DNA of 64,000 bases from Selaginella moellendorffii. Taxonomy: Eukaryota; Plantae; Lycopodiophyta. The notes below the pieces were generated by a model that did no database searches, had not been told where the DNA came from, and saw only the letters and a program-made list of their open reading frames with translations. Shown in pieces: positions 33,998 to 45,117 of the stretch. The DNA is taken from contig NW_003314301.1 of NCBI RefSeq assembly GCF_000143415.4, forward strand, positions 716,336 to 780,335. Direction: 5' to 3'. How positions within the stretch are numbered: the stretch's first letter is position 1; the number at the start of each line of letters is the position of its first letter. Position numbers and translations under genes: made by a program.

Positions 33998-35890
33998 ATG
34001 GCGAAGCGCAAGTGGGGCGAGGAGGAGGAGAGCGTTGTCATGAACGTCCACGGCTTCAACAGCGCCTGGTCCTTCAATCCAGGCACCAAAGTTGACGAAG
34101 TGAAGAGCCTGGTATCCATGCAGTTCTCGGTGCCTTTCATGGAGATCTCCGTCGTCCAGGACGGATTGGTAGCACCAGCGGCGATGCAAAGCTGCGAAAG
34201 CTTGAAGCCCGGCCTCAAGTACCGCGTGGAGCGAAGCTGCCCTCGCCGCAAATCATTCGCCCTCGGCACCATAGTCCGGCCCTCCGTCAACTTTCACGTG
34301 AATGCACTTCCAGCGATCGCCGAGGTCGCGTCCATGCTCTCCCAAGGCAAGTACTGCGTGCTGTGTGGCCCGCGCCAGAGCGGCAAGACCACGGCCGCGC
34401 AAGCCGTCCGGCAGCGCCTCTCCGCGATCGTGGTTTACTTGGATGGCCTGTTCTTCCGAAAGGATTGGAGCGAGAGCAAGTTCTGGGGACATCTTTGGGA
34501 CTCGTTGCACGCCAAGTGCCCGCAGCTCTTCAGAGCTCGCCCCGCGCAAGACGAGTACACCGACTTGAGCTTCCGGATGCTGTTTCTCAAGACGGCGTCG
34601 CAGATGGTCCCCGTGACGCTCATTCTGGATCGAGCTGAATCGTTGCTGGGTGCCTCCGCCGAGTGCCTTGAGAGGTTTTTCAGCACGCTCAGGAACATGA
34701 GGAGAAGGATGGGCGACTACAACTTGAAAGGATTGCTGCTGGTTGGGATCGAGACGGTGAAGGATCTCCTCGAAAGTCGGCGTTGTAACGATGGTTGCAG
34801 CATGATCACGCGCGAGCCATTTCCAGACGAGTATCTTGCAGAATGCCAAGGCTTCACGCGGCAAGAGGTGAAAAGGTTGCTGATCCAAGCAGCCGGCGAG
34901 CTCGTTCCAGCGGCGGCGCAGAGATTCGAGGTGGCGCGCTTGGCTGAAGCGGTGGTGGCGTTCACAGGCGGCCACAAAGGCTTAGTCGTGGTGGTACTCG
35001 ATCGAGTGGTCGCTCACGAGTTTTTCAAGACCCAGGATCTCTGGTCACATCACAGCGACCTCGGTGCGTACGCTTTCAGTCGAGCTGGTTACAAGCGGGC
35101 TCTGGAGAGATTCAAGCAGCGAAGCAGTGATCTCCTCCAGTTCCTCCAGACGAGCGGCCTCCAGTGCGATGCTGGAAAGGTGGCGGAGTTTCGAGAGCTC
35201 ATCGCCGACGGCGTTCTTGCGGCGAGGGAATCGCCACAACAAGATCATGGCGGCCTGAAGTACAACCTTCGCATTTCATCGCCAATGCTCCGGAGTCTCA
35301 TCTTGCGCCGCTGCGTGATCAAACGACAGGGGACGATCACAGGCCCAGCTCCGGATCCTCGGGTCCGGCTAGCGAGGGAGTGGCTGATCATCCAAACGAT
35401 CAAGGCTCTGGACGGGGCGACGATGTGCGGCGATGAGATCTCGCAGTACAGCCGCGAGTTCGCGTTCTTCGCCAGGATTAAGTCTGTTCTTGCGGAAGCA
35501 TACCCTCTCGCAAATGCCATCGTCCTCGCTCACACGAAAGTATCAAAGGATGGGCTCGCGCTGCTCGACGAGGAGGACTGTCTCGAGATTCAAGTCCGCT
35601 ATGGTTTCGAGAAGTTTGGATTCGTGCTCGCGGTGGAGGGTGACGATGATTTGCAGGCCATGGCGCAGAGATACCACAAGAAGCATGGCTGCCAGGTATA
35701 TGTGATCAGCTTCCGGGACGAGCCGTTGTTGATCACGCCGGTGAACGAGTCCGTGATCTTCGTTTCGGTGCGGTTTTGCGCGACTAGCGGGGAGATGACT
35801 TTCAAGAATTCGCAAGGGACTGAAACGAAGGTGGACAATCTGGCGTTGGAGAAGTGGGGCGGCGAGTTTTCCTTCGATGATCTCGTATAG
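33998..35890 (+). CDS. Intronless P-loop (STAND/AAA-like) NTPase with putative Ubl-like N-terminus and REase-like C-terminus
   Basis: Walker A GPRQSGKTT, Walker B-like LILDRAE, LLLVG strand, FTxxEV helix, TGGHKGLV; 630 aa open frame. Confidence 0.8.
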   Translation: MAKRKWGEEEESVVMNVHGFNSAWSFNPGTKVDEVKSLVSMQFSVPFMEISVVQDGLVAPAAMQSCESLKPGLKYRVERSCPRRKSFALGTIVRPSVNFHVNALPAIAEVASMLSQGKYCVLCGPRQSGKTTAAQAVRQRLSAIVVYLDGLFFRKDWSESKFWGHLWDSLHAKCPQLFRARPAQDEYTDLSFRMLFLKTASQMVPVTLILDRAESLLGASAECLERFFSTLRNMRRRMGDYNLKGLLLVGIETVKDLLESRRCNDGCSMITREPFPDEYLAECQGFTRQEVKRLLIQAAGELVPAAAQRFEVARLAEAVVAFTGGHKGLVVVVLDRVVAHEFFKTQDLWSHHSDLGAYAFSRAGYKRALERFKQRSSDLLQFLQTSGLQCDAGKVAEFRELIADGVLAARESPQQDHGGLKYNLRISSPMLRSLILRRCVIKRQGTITGPAPDPRVRLAREWLIIQTIKALDGATMCGDEISQYSREFAFFARIKSVLAEAYPLANAIVLAHTKVSKDGLALLDEEDCLEIQVRYGFEKFGFVLAVEGDDDLQAMAQRYHKKHGCQVYVISFRDEPLLITPVNESVIFVSVRFCATSGEMTFKNSQGTETKVDNLALEKWGGEFSFDDLV

Positions 35891-35913
35891 AAAAGCTTTG
35901 CAATTCATTACTT

Positions 35914-38900
35914 TTAGAGCTTCATCTTACTTTCAAAGCCATTCTCTAGAGATTTAGTACCTCTCCCACCGCTTTCCACCAGATTTTTGATTGAAAAAAT
36001 GAGCTCCCTATCTTCTAGCAGAGTTTCCACATGAGTGAGAGTCCCTGGATTTTTTAGAGTGAGTCAGAAATCTCGGCAAAACAAGCAAGCATTGACTTAC
36101 TGAATCTCCAGTAATGCTTTGGATTCGTTGGATCGTTGATAGTTTCCTCGTTGGCCGGTCGGCCTGTATACTCCTCCTTGAGAGCAAGAAGGTCCTGCAG
36201 CACAAGTCAACTTAGCAAACTTTTAGAAACTTTGCAAACGTACCTGGAGAGGGAAAATGGCCCACATTGACGGCGATTTCATGTGTTGTTCGATTATAAC
36301 TCGCGCCACATCTGGTACGCACTGAGCAGGAGGGGACTCACTCATTCCCAGATAGTCTTTGTAGAATCGGATTCGTCTGCCTTCGTCATCCTCCCACCAA
36401 GCACGCATAGTCGAGCAGTCATGACACGAAGGTGCACAGACCTTGTAAACACCGGCAAATGTCAGGGATCATGTTGTTGGATGCTGTGATTAGTTACCGT
36501 CATGTATTCGTATTCCAGTGGATTGCCAAACTCCTGGCCTGGAGTGCTGGGCATCCGTTGGATCCTCAGTCCAAGCAGGCCAAGCTCGTTAAGAACCTGG
36601 AAAGTTTTTGCTTTTTAGTCTTACAATCATTGGAATACAAGTTTGCTTACCGGAGCAACGCATGCCGGGACCATTCCAAGGTCCTCTCCACAAGTTAGCA
36701 TTTCAGACGAGCTCATTAAAACTGGAAGCGTTTTTAAAGCGTTTTCGCGCCAGAGGCCTTCTTGCCTGTGATAGAAGTAGTCATAGTACAATCTCTGCAA
36801 GACGTTCTTGCTGCATAGAGCAAAACCACCGAGTCATTTCGAAGAAGGGAAGAAAAACACTACACTAAGTACCTGTGCTCGTCAAGCTCCTTGAAATTTG
36901 ATGTGTCCTCCATTCCAAATCTCGGATAGAACTTTCTACTGTCCTCTGGGTCCCTCATCAAGACAACGTCCTAGATATGCAAAAAGAGGCTCTAGAGAAA
37001 ACCGGTTAATTTCCATGATGCTGCTTACACGTAGAAGGTCGAACAATGCACCCTTGATTTGTTCCTGCTTTTTCGAGTCTTCAAGTTGACTAACAGCTCC
37101 AAGAATTTTCCTTTCTGTATCGTACTCTTTCTTGAACTGCAAACACGCCGGTTAGAATTTAAGAGAAATGCGGTGAAAGGAGAAACGACACCTTGTAGCA
37201 CAAATGTTCGTACTCATCAAAATACTTGGACGCAATCTCAGACCACGCGTCTCCAAATTTTGCCTGGTAATGGGAGTTAGAGCGAGTGAAACATTTTGAT
37301 CAAGCTCACTTGCAAAGTATGACATCGAACGTATGGTTCGCTAAGACGATTGAAATCCCAAATTCCTTGTGCTTCCAGCTCTTCCTGCAAAATCAAGTTG
37401 TACATAAGCATTTCACTAAGTTGCCAAACTCTGTTTACCTGCGTCAATGGAAGCGACGGTCGAAACTTGCCCGTAAGACCTGTAACAGCGTGCGCAGGCA
37501 GCTCCCAGATGCGAAAAAATCCTAGAATGTGATCAATCCTGTAAGCCGTGAAGTACTTGGACATCTGCAAGAAAAATGAGTTGTGTGGAGAATCTCAAAT
37601 GTGTCCGTTCAAACCTGAGTTAAACGAGCTCTCCACCATGCAAAGTTATCTTTGGACATTTCTTCCCAGTTGTAAGTAGGAAATCCCCAGTTTTGCCCGT
37701 TCTTATCGAAATAGTCTGGAGGAGCACCCGTCGATGTATTCATTCGAAACAATGTGGGAAACACCCATGTATCCACACTGTTTCTATCGACACCAATGGG
37801 AAGATCTCCTTTCAAAACAACGCCATTGTTTCGAGCGTACTCAGACGCTTCAGTGAGCTGGGGAAAAAAAAAAAAAAAAAAACATTAAGTGGTAGAAAGC
37901 AAAAAGTGGCATATTTAATTAACAACCTGAGAATGAAGATGATACTGAAGAAAGTATGTGAAAGAGATCAAGTTGTAATGGTCAGAAGAAGGAGACACAA
38001 GCTTTTCTAGCTGTAGCAAAAGGCACAATTTTAATGATGTTTGTTTACCTTATAAGAGTAGTTTACCTTTTCAGGCGAAAATGTTGAAAAGCGACCCCAT
38101 TGAGAATGATCAGCGGTGCCGAAAAGGTCACGCAAAAAGCAAAAAGCAGCAAATGGTTCTAACCAGTGCTGCAAAATCAGAAGCTTTAGACAAAGGATTT
38201 CCACAGTTGCTTTCCACTTCACCTTATTTTCGTCAAAGTAAGTCTTAAACTTTGAGGAATTAAACGCGGCTTCTTTTTCTATGTGAAAAATCTTTTTAGC
38301 TATAGACAGCTTTGTCTTCATGGTTCCTTCATAGTCAACATCCTGCATTTGGAGACAGTCAATAACTGAGTAAACTAAAGTCAGGCTAACCTTTAGATCG
38401 AGCTTCTTTCTTGCTTGGGAAATCTCGTCCTGTAATGCGTCATCAGTTTGCTATCACCCTCAAATAAATCAATCACCAAACCTGGAGTTCTTGAGGCAAT
38501 CTTTCAGTCATGGCTTCCAAGCTCAAATAAAGCGGGTGTAGAGCGAATACTGAAAGTGAGCTGTGCAACGAAGGATCACTCAAATCTCAGGTGTGACATA
38601 TTTACCTGTATGGATACGAGTCCCACCACATCCCGTGCACGGAAGTATCATTAACTGGTAGCAACTGTAGAAGCCTCAATCCAGACTTCACTGCTAAATC
38701 CACAAGCAGTTTCAGGTCCAAAAACTCGCCCGCTCCAACGTCCGCATGCGTCCTTATTGAAAAAACAGGGATGGCAAGGCCAGCACCTCTCCACAGATCA
38801 CCCTGGAAAAAGTATGTGACTTCATTTTCAAAGATTACCAAGCCAACCTTGAAATGTCCATCCGATACTATGATCAGGGAAGATGGTTTTCTCCATGTAG

Positions 38901-39948
38901 AATCAAGTGACAACTTGCGGCCATCGCCAAGCTCGCACGTCACTTCTCCACGGAGATCTTTCAGAAAGTAGATGTACGTGCTTATGTCAAGGTCAACAAT
39001 AGAAAATCAAGGAAAAAGAATGATGAAAAATGTAGGATATTTCACGGGAAAGTCTTGTTTATCGATTGCACAGCAGCCATGCCAGCTTGAATCGCCCGTT
39101 CTCGTAAGCTTAAGTGCTGATTCATAGTCCCAGCTTCCAAGAGAACTCGAACTTCCAGTAACATAAACCTGCATTAACGTTCCAGTTGTAAGAAAACCAA
39201 AAGGCGTATAGAGTGGTGAATTTTCTTACAGTTTGCCCATTCTCTAAGATGGAACAACTGAGCTGAAAGCAGACACCAATTTTTCCTGTTCAAACAACAC
39301 CCTTTCTTTGAGAAACAAACAAATAAGCGAGAAAATAACGATGGAAACTATGATCCAAAAGCTTTAGAAAACGTACCACGATCTTTGAGGAGCTCGGCGC
39401 CATAGCTGCCGGTAGAGGGAGTACTAGTCTCCTCACAAGTGCTACTAGGCTTGGAGTTTCTAAAAATTGCGTCACGGAAAGCACTGCGTGACAGCAAACT
39501 CTCTGGAGAACAGCCTTCCTGTAGATAAAAATTCGCTACAACAAAGAAATTTGATCAAGAAAAGTACCTGCCAGAGATCATATAGATCAACAATGCTGCC
39601 ATTGGGAATTCCATCCGGAAGAACAAAGCTCCGGGGAATTCCAGCCTCCCTCCTGACCGCATTGCGCTTGTCATCCACAACGCAATACGAGTAGCGCGCC
39701 TGGAATCCCTCGCGCACGGCCAGCTGCGCGGTCCAGACCAGCTCGCCGAGCTCCTCGTCGTGGTGTGGAACCATCGCCAGTCCCTGGTGGAGATTCCAGC
39801 TGCCGAGCGAGGAATGCGAACCTGTGACGATGAGATTCTGGCCCCATTGCGTGAAATATGGAATCCGGAAGCGCAGACTGACGCGCCGCGGCTCCGCTGC
39901 CCTCTCTCGATCGATCGCGCGCGAGGAATCCATCCCTGGCGCATCCAT
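35914..39948 (-). CDS. DPE2: 4-alpha-glucanotransferase (disproportionating enzyme 2), many exons
   Basis: CBM20-like start (IPYFTQWGQNL), QLLPVNDTSVHGMWWDSYPY, KGDLPIGVD, GAPPDYFDKNGQNWGFPTYNW, YRIDHILGFFRIW, INDPTNPKHYWRF; last exon ends ..ESKMKL*. Confidence 0.95.
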
Positions 39949-40094
39949 CGCGTCGCGCGGTGAATGGAGGACATTTCCCCATGAAAAGAACAAAAGAGCC
40001 TGGTATCGAACACGAGACTCATGACACTAGTGACACGTAGCACACTGGCATATGCACGTTAGCATAGTGGTATATCCTTCGAATATTAGGGTTC

Positions 40095-42668
40095 ATGCGT
40101 GGAGGATTGCGCGCTTCTATCAGGTTTTCTTTTCCCAGAGCTATCGCCAGGGGCTGTGCAAGCCTTGGAGCTCTCGATCGAACCCAGGGGCTTGAAAATC
40201 CACGCATGGCGCGCAAATGCGGGGCGGATTCCGGCCGTGCCAGGCAAATCTACGCGCAGGTGATCCAGAACAGGGCTGAGATTGACGATTTCATTGCCGA
40301 GGAGCTCGTCCAGATGTTCATACGTTGTGGATCTCTCTCAGACGCCGTGAAATCGCTGGATGAGCTGCGAATCCAGAGCGTGGTCGCGTGGACTGCGACG
40401 ATCTCGGCATTTGCCCGGCTGGGGCATCGCGGCGAGGCATTTTTTCTCTTCCACAGGATGCTGGTGGAGGGTGTTTTGCCAAACAAGGTGAGTTTCATAT
40501 CCATTGCCGGCGCCTGCTCTAGCGAAGACGAGGCTGATTTCCTCTGTGACAGGATAGTCGAGCGAGATCTTCAAAGGGATCGTCTTGTCGGCACAGCTCT
40601 GGTGAATCTCTATGGCAAGTTCCAGAGGCTGGACGAGGCGTGGACGATTTTTTGCGCGCTAGAAGGAAGAGATCTTGTGTCGTGGAACTCCATGCTATCG
40701 GCGTTTAGCGAGCACCAGCAGTGGAGAAGGAGCCTTGAGCTTTTCAAAGCGATGCTGCTTCAAGGTTTGTCTCTGGACAGTATAACATTCCTCGCAGCGC
40801 TCAAAGCTTGTGCCAACTTACGGGATTTGTCACAGGCAAAGCTTGTCCATGGACAAATCTGTGAGAGCGGACTAGAAGGAGCGGACATGGTCGGGAATAC
40901 GATCGTTGATACGTATGGAAAGTGTGGCAGTATCGACGATGCTCTAGCGGCTTTCGAGCGAATTCCAGCCAAAGACATCGTTTCCTGGAACGTCATGCTA
41001 GCATCTCTCAGCCAGAATGGAAGCTGTGCCGAGGCAGTAAAACTTTTCAAGCGAATGCTTCACGAGGGAGAGAGAGCCGAGAAAGTTACAGTCGCGACGC
41101 TGCTCCACTCTTTCGCGAGCCGGGAGTTTTTGCAAGAAGGTGAGCTTCTTCATGATCATATTGTCGAGCTCGGCCTGGATATTGACATTGTCATGGCAAC
41201 CGCGCTGTTGATCATGTATGCCAGGTGCGGAAGCATGGATCGAGCGAGTAAAATGTTCGACACCATCCAGAACAGGGACGTGGTTCTCTGGAACACTTTC
41301 ATTTCATCGCTCGCTCAAGCTGACCGCGTGAAGGATTCCTTCCAGGTGTTCCGAAGAATGCAGCTGGAAGGTGTTCGTCCAAACAAAGTCACATTCGCGA
41401 GCGTCATCGACGTGTGCACAAGCTTAAGTTCGCTGGCGGATGGAATGCTCGTTGCCGCGCTGGTTTTGGAGAGCGGACTTGGCTCCGACACCGTTCTCGG
41501 CAACGCGATCATCGACCTGTATGGGAAGTGTGGAAGCCTCGAAAACGCGTGGGAGGCATTCGACAGGATGGAGAACAAGGACGTGGTTTCCTGGACGACG
41601 ATTCTCGGTGCTTACTCCCAGCACGGGCTTTTCAGCGAGGTGGTCGGGCTTTTCAACAAGATGCTGCTGGAAGGCATAACTCCGAGCACGGTTACGTTCG
41701 TCACGGTTCTTTACGCCTGTGCGGAATGCAAGGCTCTAGAGGTCGGGAAGAAGATCCATGCTCGTGTCATGGAGGCCGGACTGGAATTCGACGAGCTTCT
41801 CTCCAGTGCCATTCGGTCGCTGTACGCGGAGTGTGGCTACTTGGAGGAAGTTTGCAGAGTTTTCCACGGTAGGAAGCAGGAGCAAGAGGTAGCGGCTTGG
41901 AACGGGATGGTGGTAGCCTTGAGTAGACGGGAACTCTTCGACGAGGCAGTGGGACTCTATCGACAGATGCAGCTGGAAGGAGTTCCCGGGGATAAATTCA
42001 CGCTGGTGTCGGTGCTGGAAGCTTGCTCGGAGCTCCCGCTCGTCAAGTCGATCGAGGCCAGAGCTCTAAGTTTGAGGTTGGAGCAGGACGACACGATCAA
42101 CACGGCACTTCTCAAAGCGTACAGCCGGTGTGGAAACATGCGAGACGCGAGGAGAGCTTTCGAGAGAACTCCAAAGAAGGACGTGGTTGCATGGTCGGCT
42201 ATGGTGGGAGCTCACGCTCACCATGGTTGTGGAGAAGCGGCACTGGAGCTCTTCCAGCTCATGCAACTCGACGGCGTCATGCCCAACGACGTCTCCTTCG
42301 TGAGCGTCTTCTCGGCGTGCAGCCACTGCGGCAGTGTGGAGAGAGCTTACGAGTACTTTGTGGGTCTGGAGCAAGACTATGGAGTGAAGATCACGGCCGA
42401 GCACTGGAAGTGTATGATGGATCTGCTGGGACGGGCTGGGCGGCTGGGCGAGGCCGAGAAGTTCTTGAGCAAGATGGAGTTTGAGCCGGACGTGGTGTTG
42501 TGGACGACGCTCTTGGCCGCGTGCAGTGTCCACGGGAACTTTGAGCTGGGGAAGCATGCGGCAAAGCGGATTCTAGAGCTCGACGAGGAAGACGACGCGG
42601 CTCACGTAGTTCTTACGAGCCTCCAGCATTCTTCGCAGAGTGATATCTTGGAGAGTGGCCGGGGATAG
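40095..42668 (+). CDS. PLS-class PPR protein with E domain
   Basis: 857 aa intronless; many PLS triplets; ends with MMDLLGRAGRL..WTTLLAAC..HGN. Confidence 0.93.
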   Translation: MRGGLRASIRFSFPRAIARGCASLGALDRTQGLENPRMARKCGADSGRARQIYAQVIQNRAEIDDFIAEELVQMFIRCGSLSDAVKSLDELRIQSVVAWTATISAFARLGHRGEAFFLFHRMLVEGVLPNKVSFISIAGACSSEDEADFLCDRIVERDLQRDRLVGTALVNLYGKFQRLDEAWTIFCALEGRDLVSWNSMLSAFSEHQQWRRSLELFKAMLLQGLSLDSITFLAALKACANLRDLSQAKLVHGQICESGLEGADMVGNTIVDTYGKCGSIDDALAAFERIPAKDIVSWNVMLASLSQNGSCAEAVKLFKRMLHEGERAEKVTVATLLHSFASREFLQEGELLHDHIVELGLDIDIVMATALLIMYARCGSMDRASKMFDTIQNRDVVLWNTFISSLAQADRVKDSFQVFRRMQLEGVRPNKVTFASVIDVCTSLSSLADGMLVAALVLESGLGSDTVLGNAIIDLYGKCGSLENAWEAFDRMENKDVVSWTTILGAYSQHGLFSEVVGLFNKMLLEGITPSTVTFVTVLYACAECKALEVGKKIHARVMEAGLEFDELLSSAIRSLYAECGYLEEVCRVFHGRKQEQEVAAWNGMVVALSRRELFDEAVGLYRQMQLEGVPGDKFTLVSVLEACSELPLVKSIEARALSLRLEQDDTINTALLKAYSRCGNMRDARRAFERTPKKDVVAWSAMVGAHAHHGCGEAALELFQLMQLDGVMPNDVSFVSVFSACSHCGSVERAYEYFVGLEQDYGVKITAEHWKCMMDLLGRAGRLGEAEKFLSKMEFEPDVVLWTTLLAACSVHGNFELGKHAAKRILELDEEDDAAHVVLTSLQHSSQSDILESGRG

Positions 42669-42883
42669 AACACTTTGGAGCAGAGGTCGTGACACGAAAC
42701 TTTGCAGCACAGCCTACCAATCCAGGTTGTTTTGCAGCCAGTGCCAACGAAGAAGAGGTTTGGGAACACGATCATTGATAAGAGAGAGAGTCCTGTTCAC
42801 GAGGATTTATTTCCAATGTTGGTGACAATCTTACGAGAATCTCTAGATTATATTCAGATGTTTCTCAAAATTTATCACATCTT

Positions 42884-42955
42884 GTGGCTGTAGTTTAGTG
42901 GTGAGAATTCCACGTTGTGGCCGTGGAGACCTGGGCTCGAATCCCAGCAGCCACA
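42884..42955 (+). tRNA. tRNA-His(GTG)
   Basis: GTGGCTG/CAGCCAC acceptor stem, anticodon loop TTGTGGC, T-arm GGGCTCGAATCCC, TTTT terminator ~10 bp downstream. Confidence 0.96.
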
Positions 42956-43030
42956 TTAAACCCTTTTCAGTAACATTTTGTTTTTTGGTTTAGTTTTTTC
43001 AAAACTTTTCCTTTAGGGCTCTTGCGAAGA

Positions 43031-44029
43031 ATGCTGCTCGGGAGTGCGGCAAATGGAAATGGAATCGTCGTCTTCAAACAATTCAACTCTCGTCAGCTGC
43101 TGAGCGGCAGGATTTCCAGCTGCAAAATTCCTAGCTCGCATTTCCCGCTGTCTAGGAGTCACTTAATTCGATGCGAGGCCGCCTCCAACGCAGGTACTCC
43201 ACCTTCATATCTTTGATCATCAAAATCTCTCTTGTTCTTATTTTCCGATTTCGCTCCATAGCTGTGTCGAGCGTTCCTGGTATCGAGTGGGTCCAAAGAA
43301 CTTTTGATCTCCCACCATATAAAAGGTATGTAAAAAGAAAAAATGCTAGGATTCTAATCTTTGCAATCCAGAGGATGTCACATAATCACTCAGCAAATCT
43401 ACAAGGCCGTGCCGGAGATTAGAAACTTTCGAGTCGGCATTGCTCACATCTTTGGTAAGAACTCCAAGAGAATTGAATCGACGATGTTTTCTTGCAACTT
43501 TTTTGCTCTTGATCGATCTTGTGCGTGATTTGCAGTGATGCACACCTCGGCGAGTCTCACCATCAACGAGAACGCGAGCCCCGACGTGCCACTCGACATG
43601 GAGGACGCCTTAAACAAGATCGCTCCAGAGGTAAGGAAAAATTCTCTCCAGAGTTTCCAATCTGTTTTGCTCCTTGAAATCGTTCTTGAAGGGTCACCAC
43701 TACCGTCATCTCGATGAAGGACTGGATGATATGCCGGGTGAGTAAACTTGGATGGTCATCTCCCTTGCAAACTTCGCGCTACGTTTTTTTCTTCTTCCTG
43801 TGAAGCTCATGTCAAATCTTCGATCATGGGTTGTTCCTTGAGTGTGCCGATCACCGCTGGGAGATTAAATCTTGGAATCTGGCAGGTTGAATGAGCTAGT
43901 GATAGTTTTTTGTCCTCTCCTTGAGTATATCGTGTTGGCTTTTCGTTTTCGCAGGGAATCTGGCTCAACGAGCATAGAGACTATGGAGGCAGTCGAAGGC
44001 TCTGCATCACAATCCACGGACAATGCTGA
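43031..44029 (+). CDS. UPF0047/YjbQ family protein with probable transit peptide, multi-exon
   Basis: Spliced: WVQRTFDLP..RGCHIIT, HTSASLTINENASPDV, HLDEGLDDMP|AHVKSS, LNLGIWQ|GIWLNEHR. Confidence 0.9.
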
Positions 44030-44202
44030 GTGTAAATACTACGAAGTGAAAAGCTTATAAGCAAAAGAAAACCATACCTGGAAGTTGTATACAAACAACC
44101 CGAGTCCGAAGGAAGATTTGGTTCTGCCACCATCTTTCTCTGTGAGATCAAACTCGAAAGTTCTCCGTAAATTCTGATCAAACAACAAGATCACAGACAT
44201 TC

Positions 44203-44885
44203 CTAGTGTTTTTTATGTGGTTTCTGAATGCCACGCTTGTACCGGGTAATGGACAGCCAGTTCTGGATCTGTAACAAGAAAGTTCCACACAGGCTTTGCT
44301 AGAAAGATGCCACTAAAGAAATTTGGAAGTACCTGCTTGACCGTGAGGCCCGTCTGGGCTATGAGCTCCTCTCTCTCGAGAAGAGATGGATATGGATGAT
44401 CGGAGTGTTGAGTGATCCAGGACTCGAGAATTTGGACTGATTGACGCGGCAGAGAGTACATGTTCTTGGGCCTCGAAAGTGGAAGAAGCTTAAACCTGCA
44501 TGGATCATCGAAATCTCAAAGAAACGAATCGAGACTACGCAAAAGAGGTGTTCGCTTACCTGATGAGCTTCCTCGGCTTCGATCGCCTCGATCTCGCCTT
44601 TCGGACGGCCGTGTGCTGCCCCGCCATCGCCAGATAGAAGACTGGATGCTTCTCTTCCGGCTCGAATTCGCAGCTGATAGCCGAGCTGTCGGAACAGGCT
44701 GCTGGATCGCAATCGGCCTGGCGCTGCTGCTCCTTGCGCCAAAGTATATCGTCGGCTGGCGTCCAGTCGCAATCCGGATCAAGAATATCGCCGGCGCCTT
44801 CGTCCAGCTCTGGGAGATCGCAAATGTCGCTCAAGACCTGGCTTCCAAACTCCGGAAGCGATTCTTTCCCCGCATTCGCCTCCAT
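44203..44885 (-). CDS. Short atypical TALE homeodomain protein
   Basis: LPRQSVQILESWITQHSDHPYPS..TGLTVKQ|IQNWLSITRYKR; TALE PYP loop; two short introns. Confidence 0.8.
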
Positions 44886-45117
44886 CGCCCCTGCCAGAGA
44901 GCAAATCGAAGTGAGATTGGAGTGAAATATCACATCTGGAGCAGTAGAATCGCAAGATCGATAGAGAAGAGAGCGGCATAGTACCCGAGGCGAGAGAGCT
45001 CGCGAGGAGAGAACTGGAAGAACCCTACGTAAAGCCTTTGGCCAGAGAAAATTTGAAATGGACGGCGTAGATTCGCTTATTTGCGACGAACGGCTGGGGT
45101 GGCCTAGATCCGACGGC

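Noticed and set aside
35891-35906. GCTTTGCA shared downstream of both the NTPase and Fic stops
   Set aside because: An 8-bp match is expected by chance, and here it lies in the DPE2 3' end.
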